The notes below the pieces were generated by a model that saw nothing but the letters and a program-made list of their open reading frames with translations, did no database searches and had not been told where the DNA came from. From Gemmata obscuriglobus (GTDB lineage Bacteria > Planctomycetota > Planctomycetia > Gemmatales > Gemmataceae): a DNA stretch of 32,000 bases. The stretch's first letter is position 1; each line of letters begins with the position of its first letter. The translations under genes and the position numbers were made by a program. The DNA is taken from NCBI RefSeq assembly GCF_008065095.1, contig NZ_CP042911.1, positions 1,080,001 through 1,112,000 of the forward strand, in the 5' to 3' direction. This document shows positions 27,101 to 32,000 of this stretch, piece by piece.

Positions 27101-29383
27101 ATGGCCATGAACCCACCCCGGAACCGTAACGACGAGCGCCACCGCGTTCGGGAGGCCCCGATGTCGCCCCAGGTGGACGAGTTCCCCACGGACCTGGAAC
27201 TGCCCGCCATCGGGCTCGGCCACGGGACGATGGAAAGCACGATGCCGCCGGCCCAGGCGCTGCTCGCCCGGCTGCTGTCGGCCCACGTGCTGCTCCCGGA
27301 GGCGTGGGAGGACGTGCCGCCCGAGCACCGCGACGTGCTCAGCCGGATCACCTCCTCCGACATGCTGCTGAGCAAGCTGCTCGCGCTGCAGCTGCTCACC
27401 CGCTACCAGGTGGACACGATCCGCAAGGGCGGGGCCGAGGACCTGATCCTGGGGAACTACCGGCTCCTGGACGTGCTCGGGCAGGGCGGGATGGGCACCG
27501 TGTACCGGGCCGAGCACGTGCTGCTGCGGCGCCAGGTGGCCCTCAAGGTGATGGCCCGCTCCACGGACATGAGCTCGCGGCTGGTGACCCGGTTCTACGG
27601 CGAGGCCCGGGCGGTGGCCCGGCTCCAGCACCCGCACATCGTGACGTGCTTCGACGCGGGCCGCCACACCCGGACCGGCGCCGGCGGCCAGACCCGCGAC
27701 TACTTCGTGATGGAGCTGATCCCGGGGCAGGACCTGTTCAACCTGGTCCGCGACGGCGGGCCGCTCCCGCCGCTGCGGGCGTGCGACATCTTCCGGCAGG
27801 TGTCCGACGCGCTGGCCGAGGCGCACCGGCACGGGCTGGTGCACCGCGACATCAAGCCGTCCAACGTGCTGGTCACGTCTGACGGGCAGGCGAAGGTGCT
27901 CGACTTCGGGCTCGCGCGGCTCCCGACGCAGCAGATGACCGAGCCGGGCGTGGTGCTCGGCACGATCGGGTACATGGCGCCCGAGCAGGCCCGCGACCCG
28001 CACTCGGTGGACCACCGCGCGGACCTGTTCTCCCTCGGGGCCACGCTGTACTGGGCGCTCACCGGCCGCGACCCGTACCCGGAGTCCGGCAACCCGATCC
28101 AGGACCTGCACCGCCGGTTCACCACGGTCCCGCTGCCGGTGCGCCGGGTGCGGCCGGAGGTGCCCGCGGAGGTGTCCGACCTGGTGGCGCGGCTCATGGA
28201 GCCGGACCCCGAGATGCGGTTCCCGTCGGCCCGGACGGTGTCGGCGGCGCTGACCGGGTTCACGCTGTGGCTCCCGAACGCGTCCACCGCCGGCTCGGTG
28301 GCGTCGCACCGCGACCCGGAAACGCACCGCGGGCGGGTGCTCCTGGTCGAGGACGACCCGAGCGTGCGGGTGCTGATGTGCGCCCTGCTCCAGGACCAGT
28401 ACGACGTGCGCGAGGCCGAGGACGGCGAGACCGCGCTGACGGAGATCATGCGGGACCCGCCGGACCTGGCGGTGGTGGACGTCGGGCTGCCCGGCCTGAG
28501 CGGCCCCGAGCTGGTGGAGAAGGTCCGCGCGGCGGGGCTGGAGTCCGACCGCATGAAGGTGCTCATCACCTCCGGCGAGCTGCCGGCCGAGGCGCTGGGC
28601 GGGCTGTCGGTGGCGTCGGCGGACGACTTCATCAGCAAGCCGTTCGCGCCGGTCGAGTTCCTGTCGCGGGTGCGGGCGCTGCTCATGCGCCGGTCCTCGC
28701 GGTCGGGTGACTCGGAGGTGCTCGTCGCCCCGCCGGTCACGCACTGCACCCGCCCGGTGGCGGCGGAGACGCTGTCGCTGACGGTGTCGCGGCTGCTGGC
28801 GGAGACGCAACTGGCCGCCGACAACCAGTGGCAGCGGATGTCCCGGTACGTCCGCACCCTGTGCCGGGCGCTGCCCGACACCGGGGCGTACCGGCAGCTC
28901 AAGAACGACCAGTTCGCCGAGCTGCTGGCGGCGGTCGCGCCGATGTACGACATCGGGCTGCTCGGGGTGCCGCGGCACACGCTGCTGAAGCCCGGGCGTC
29001 TGGACGCCTCCGAGCGGTCCGTCGTCCAGACGCACTGCTCGATCGGGGCCGAGGTGCTGGTGGGCGTGGCGCAGGTGTACGGCGGCGAGGTGCAGGGCCT
29101 GGACGTGGCGGCGGAGGTGGCGCGGAGCCACCACGAGCGCTGGGACGGGGCCGGGTACCCGGACGGGCTGCAGGGCGAGGAGATCCCGCTGGCGGCCCGG
29201 GTGGTGTCGCTGGCGGCCGTGTACGAGGCGCTGCGGAACCGGCGCCCGCACCGCCCCCCGCTGAACCACGCGCAAACGGTCAAGCTGATCGCCACCCAGT
29301 CCGAGGGCGAGTTCGACCCGGCCGTGGTGGCCGCGTTCGTCAGCGTGGCGCCCAAGTTCGACCAGATCCACCAGGGGAAGTGA
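27101..29383 (+). CDS. Ser/Thr protein kinase fused to a response-regulator receiver and a degenerate HD-GYP domain
   Basis: Kinase motifs: GQGGMGTVYRAEH, VALKVM, HRDIKPSNVLV, DFGLAR, GTIGYMAPEQ. Receiver motifs: RVLLVEDDP, DLAVVDVGLPGLSG, FISKPF. HD-GYP motifs: HHERWDGAGYP at 29129-29161, but APMYDIG (Tyr 28946-28948) where HDIGK is expected. ATG 27101 was chosen; later in-frame ATGs are possible. Confidence 0.9.
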   Translation: MAMNPPRNRNDERHRVREAPMSPQVDEFPTDLELPAIGLGHGTMESTMPPAQALLARLLSAHVLLPEAWEDVPPEHRDVLSRITSSDMLLSKLLALQLLTRYQVDTIRKGGAEDLILGNYRLLDVLGQGGMGTVYRAEHVLLRRQVALKVMARSTDMSSRLVTRFYGEARAVARLQHPHIVTCFDAGRHTRTGAGGQTRDYFVMELIPGQDLFNLVRDGGPLPPLRACDIFRQVSDALAEAHRHGLVHRDIKPSNVLVTSDGQAKVLDFGLARLPTQQMTEPGVVLGTIGYMAPEQARDPHSVDHRADLFSLGATLYWALTGRDPYPESGNPIQDLHRRFTTVPLPVRRVRPEVPAEVSDLVARLMEPDPEMRFPSARTVSAALTGFTLWLPNASTAGSVASHRDPETHRGRVLLVEDDPSVRVLMCALLQDQYDVREAEDGETALTEIMRDPPDLAVVDVGLPGLSGPELVEKVRAAGLESDRMKVLITSGELPAEALGGLSVASADDFISKPFAPVEFLSRVRALLMRRSSRSGDSEVLVAPPVTHCTRPVAAETLSLTVSRLLAETQLAADNQWQRMSRYVRTLCRALPDTGAYRQLKNDQFAELLAAVAPMYDIGLLGVPRHTLLKPGRLDASERSVVQTHCSIGAEVLVGVAQVYGGEVQGLDVAAEVARSHHERWDGAGYPDGLQGEEIPLAARVVSLAAVYEALRNRRPHRPPLNHAQTVKLIATQSEGEFDPAVVAAFVSVAPKFDQIHQGK

Positions 29384-29392
29384 CCGCCCGCC

Positions 29393-29579
29393 GCGCGTGA
29401 CCGCCCCGCCCCCTCATTCACGATCCGACTGGTTGTGTCTGTTTCTTGTGGCACAGACATTCCTGTCTGTGCGGCCTGCTCACGCCGCACAGACAGGAAT
29501 GTCTGTGCCACAAGAAACATCAGCCAAAAACGGACACATCAACCGGAGCGTGAATGAGGGGGCCGGTGCGGTCACGCGC
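29393..29579. repeat. 187-bp near-perfect palindrome with a perfect 35-bp inner stem
   Basis: 29440-29474 (tgtttcttgtggcacagacattcctgtctgtgcgg) is the exact reverse complement of 29485-29519. Outer perfect pairs are 29409-29422 with 29549-29562, and 29393-29404 with 29568-29579. It starts 10 bp after the kinase stop codon. Confidence 0.9.
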
Positions 29580-29802
29580 CCAAGTTTCACGCGCGCCCGT
29601 TCCGGCGCCAACAATGCCGCTACCGATGCGCGGCACCCGTCAGCACTGTTCCTTCCCGTCACGGCCGCGCCCGCGCGACGCGCCCAACCGCTACCGTCCT
29701 TTCAAACGGACCCGCGCGCGGGTACAACTTACCTTCATCTCCGCTTCAACTTGCGCCCGGCACCGCGCGACGGTCGAAGCTGACCGTAGGGGGCACGATC
29801 CG

Positions 29803-30735
29803 ATGACGGCACGGTTCACGGTGCTCGCGAGCGGCAGCGGCGGGAACGCCAGCCTGCTCGAGTTCGACGGCTTCGGCCTGCTCATCGACTGCGGGCTGCA
29901 GCCGCGGCACCTCACCGCGCGGTTCCGGTCGGTCGGCACCTCGTGGGAGCGGGTGTCCGCGGTCGTCCTCACGCACACCCACACCGACCACTGGAAGGAC
30001 GCGACCCTCGCCGAGCTGCGCGCCCGCCGCATCCCGATGTACGCGCACCCGCAGCACTACGCGTACATGGAGCGGGCCAGTTCGTTCGCCTCGTTCCGCG
30101 CCGCGGGACTCGCGCGCGAGTACGGCGACGGCCGCCCGCTCGAACTCGCGCCGGGGCTCCGCTGCCTGCCGGTCCGCGTGTCGCACGACTCGGCCCCGAC
30201 CTACGCGTTCCGCATCGACGGGTACGACGGCGAACGGCCGGAGCCCGCCTGGGCGGTCGGGTACGCCTCGGACCTGGGGTGCGGCTCGCCGGAACTGGTG
30301 GCCGCGTTCACCGGGGTGGACGTGCTGGCGCTGGAGTACAACCACGACGAGCTGATGGAGCGCGCCAGCCCGCGGCCGAAGTTCCTCGTGGACCGCGTGC
30401 TGAGCGACCTGGGGCACCTCTCGAACAAGCAGGCGGCGGAGCTGACCGCGACCATCGCGGGGCGCTCCGGCGAGGGGTTCCCGGGGCACCTGGTGCAGTT
30501 GCACTTGAGCAAGGACTGCAACACGCCCGAGCTGGCGGCGGTGGCGGGGCGGGAGGCGCTGGTGGCGCTGAACCCGGCGACCGAGGTCGTCACCGCGCGC
30601 CAGGACTACGCGATCGTCCCAATCACGCTCGCCCGGCGGCCGAACGCGGCCAACCGGGCGAGCGCGCGCGTGAACCGCCCCGCCCCGAAGCGCCGCACGG
30701 TGCAGCCGTCGCTCCCCGGGTTCGACGACTGGTAG
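29803..30735 (+). CDS. MBL-fold metallo-hydrolase (YycJ/VicX-like)
   Basis: ATG 29803 gives MTARFTVLASGSGGNASLLEFDGFGLLIDCG. The HxHxDH motif reads THTHTDHW, and GHLSNKQAAEL is typical of the YycJ-like subgroup. The upstream part of the track ORF (from 29554) lies in the palindrome. Confidence 0.85.
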   Translation: MTARFTVLASGSGGNASLLEFDGFGLLIDCGLQPRHLTARFRSVGTSWERVSAVVLTHTHTDHWKDATLAELRARRIPMYAHPQHYAYMERASSFASFRAAGLAREYGDGRPLELAPGLRCLPVRVSHDSAPTYAFRIDGYDGERPEPAWAVGYASDLGCGSPELVAAFTGVDVLALEYNHDELMERASPRPKFLVDRVLSDLGHLSNKQAAELTATIAGRSGEGFPGHLVQLHLSKDCNTPELAAVAGREALVALNPATEVVTARQDYAIVPITLARRPNAANRASARVNRPAPKRRTVQPSLPGFDDW

Positions 30736-31017
30736 CGGGTGCCTTCAGGAGACGGCCGGTGGAAGTGTTCAATCGCATCGCCCTACTTCTGCTCTAGCTC
30801 GCGTTAACCGTTCGCTAAACCATCGTTCGGATCGTTGCGGTCCTGCTCCGCCAACGCCCGTGTTAGCCCCGGTGCGGCGCCATGGCAATTTGTGCCGGTT
30901 GTGCCGGCCGATCGCCGGCCCCGTGTGTCACCCGTCCCCATGTGTCTCGACTCCGCGCGCCGATCGTGCCGAAAGTGAGGGTGCGTCGGATCACTTCACC
31001 CGCACGGAGGCGGAAAC

Positions 31018-31665
31018 ATGAAACGCTTATACCTCGCGGCGGTGGCGGGCTTGTGTGCGGTCGTGCCGGTGGGCGCTCAAGAGCGCGCCCTGGCACCGAC
31101 CGCGCCGGTGGTCCCGCCCCCGTCGCTGCACAACGGGAGCCTGGTCGCCCCGGCGGGCGCGTGGGGCGGCGGTGGCGGGATGCTCTCTCGCAGCAGTTGG
31201 GCGCCGGGGCGCGAGCTGGCGGGCACGAGCGACCGGGCGTACTTGGGCGCGGTGGCCGGGGTTCCGTGCGGCCCGGCCGGGTGCGGCACCGCGGAGCCGC
31301 GCCGCTCCTGCCTGGAGCGGATCAAGTCGTGGCTGTGCTTCCAGTACACGCCCACCGAACTGCCGAAAATGCGCCCGACCCCATACGTCACGCCGATTCA
31401 GGGGCTGCTCGGTTGCTCCTCGGGCGCCGGGTGCGCGCCGTGCGGGACGACCGGCGGCGGCTACCCGAGCGGGCAACCGGTGCCGCAACCGACCCCGCTG
31501 CCGGCGCCGATGAAGCCGCCCGCGGGCGCCGGCGCGGTGCTGATGCCCTCGCGCGGCACGCAGTGGATGATCGCACCGACCGAGTTCGGCACGGTGAAGC
31601 CCACCACCGCACAGAGCGCACCCGGACCGGTGGTGAACACCGGCTACCGCGCGCCGCAACGGTAA
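31018..31665 (+). CDS. hypothetical secreted Cys/Gly/Pro-rich protein
   Basis: GGAGG lies 8 nt upstream of ATG 31018. Signal peptide is MKRLYLAAVAGLCAVVPVGAQ. GC3 is very high throughout. Cys pairs include CGPAGCG and CSSGAGCAPCG. No known domain recognised. Confidence 0.7.
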   Translation: MKRLYLAAVAGLCAVVPVGAQERALAPTAPVVPPPSLHNGSLVAPAGAWGGGGGMLSRSSWAPGRELAGTSDRAYLGAVAGVPCGPAGCGTAEPRRSCLERIKSWLCFQYTPTELPKMRPTPYVTPIQGLLGCSSGAGCAPCGTTGGGYPSGQPVPQPTPLPAPMKPPAGAGAVLMPSRGTQWMIAPTEFGTVKPTTAQSAPGPVVNTGYRAPQR

Positions 31666-32000
31666 GTTCCGTCAGACTTCCACCCACTTTAGCCCCGTGT
31701 GGCTTTTCCGCGCGGGTTCTGCCCGAATAGATGCACCGAGTGCGGCCCGCCGGTCCGCGCTCGGTTTGCGTAATGAGCGCCGCCGCGGCGGTCCCGTGGT
31801 CCGATGCGAGCCGCGCCCCGTATGAGGGCGCGAGAACGTGTCTCCGCAATACGATGCCGCGCGGGGCGTTCGGAACGAGCGGTGTTCGCCCGCCGCTGTG
31901 CCTCCTATCCTGAACTCCCGCCCATCCGCCCCATTTCGTGGAGCCCCGATGCACGCCGGAACGGATTCTGCTGGCCCCAAGGAACCGGTGCCGGGCGCGC

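Noticed and set aside
26870-29371. 833-aa minus-strand ORF mirroring the kinase gene (same length)
   Set aside because: The plus-strand frame carries complete kinase, receiver and HD-GYP motifs. The minus-strand product is low-complexity and Arg/Pro/His-rich. It is an antisense artefact.
31949-32000. ATG at 31949 preceded by GGAG, possibly the start of a plus-strand gene running off the window
   Set aside because: Only 17 codons are visible with mediocre GC3, too little to call.
1-32000. CRISPR arrays, rRNA genes, tandem repeats of 3 or more units
   Set aside because: Reading through all intergenic regions, I found no regularly spaced direct repeats and no rRNA-like conserved blocks.

Overview
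Very GC-rich bacterial chromosomal segment (G+C judged by eye, not computed). It is almost certainly from a Gemmata-like planctomycete. Lineage markers are a DUF1559 protein (prepilin-type N-terminus plus H-X9-DG), a TIGR02996 repeat-companion/LRR protein with its usual partner family, an ECF sigma factor fused to a TM helix and WD40 propellers, and a Hanks-type kinase. I support about 24 protein-coding genes. Confident housekeeping calls are glmS, a Mn-type superoxide dismutase, an acyl-CoA desaturase, an ABC ATPase and an EamA transporter. There are also exported hydrolases (esterase, EEP family), a GT-C glycosyltransferase-like membrane protein, a GNAT, a Dabb protein, an HNH protein and a YycJ-like MBL hydrolase. 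No rRNA, tRNA or CRISPR array was recognised. Many long ORFs in the track are antisense shadows typical of high-GC DNA and were rejected. The most unusual content lies between about 18.7 and 29.6 kb. It includes a decayed IS3-family transposase and a 33-bp inverted-repeat pair bracketing a 386-bp segment with a frameshifted ORF. It also includes a ~128-bp palindromic element sitting in frame inside a large GH38-like gene, and a 19-20-nt motif present three times around sodA. A 187-bp near-perfect palindrome with a perfect 35-bp inner stem follows a Ser/Thr-kinase/receiver/degenerate HD-GYP fusion gene. I cannot show that any of these is a new biological system. The nested-hairpin palindromes and the kinase-REC-HD-GYP fusion are the best leads. 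All product calls rest on motifs read by eye; no database search was run.
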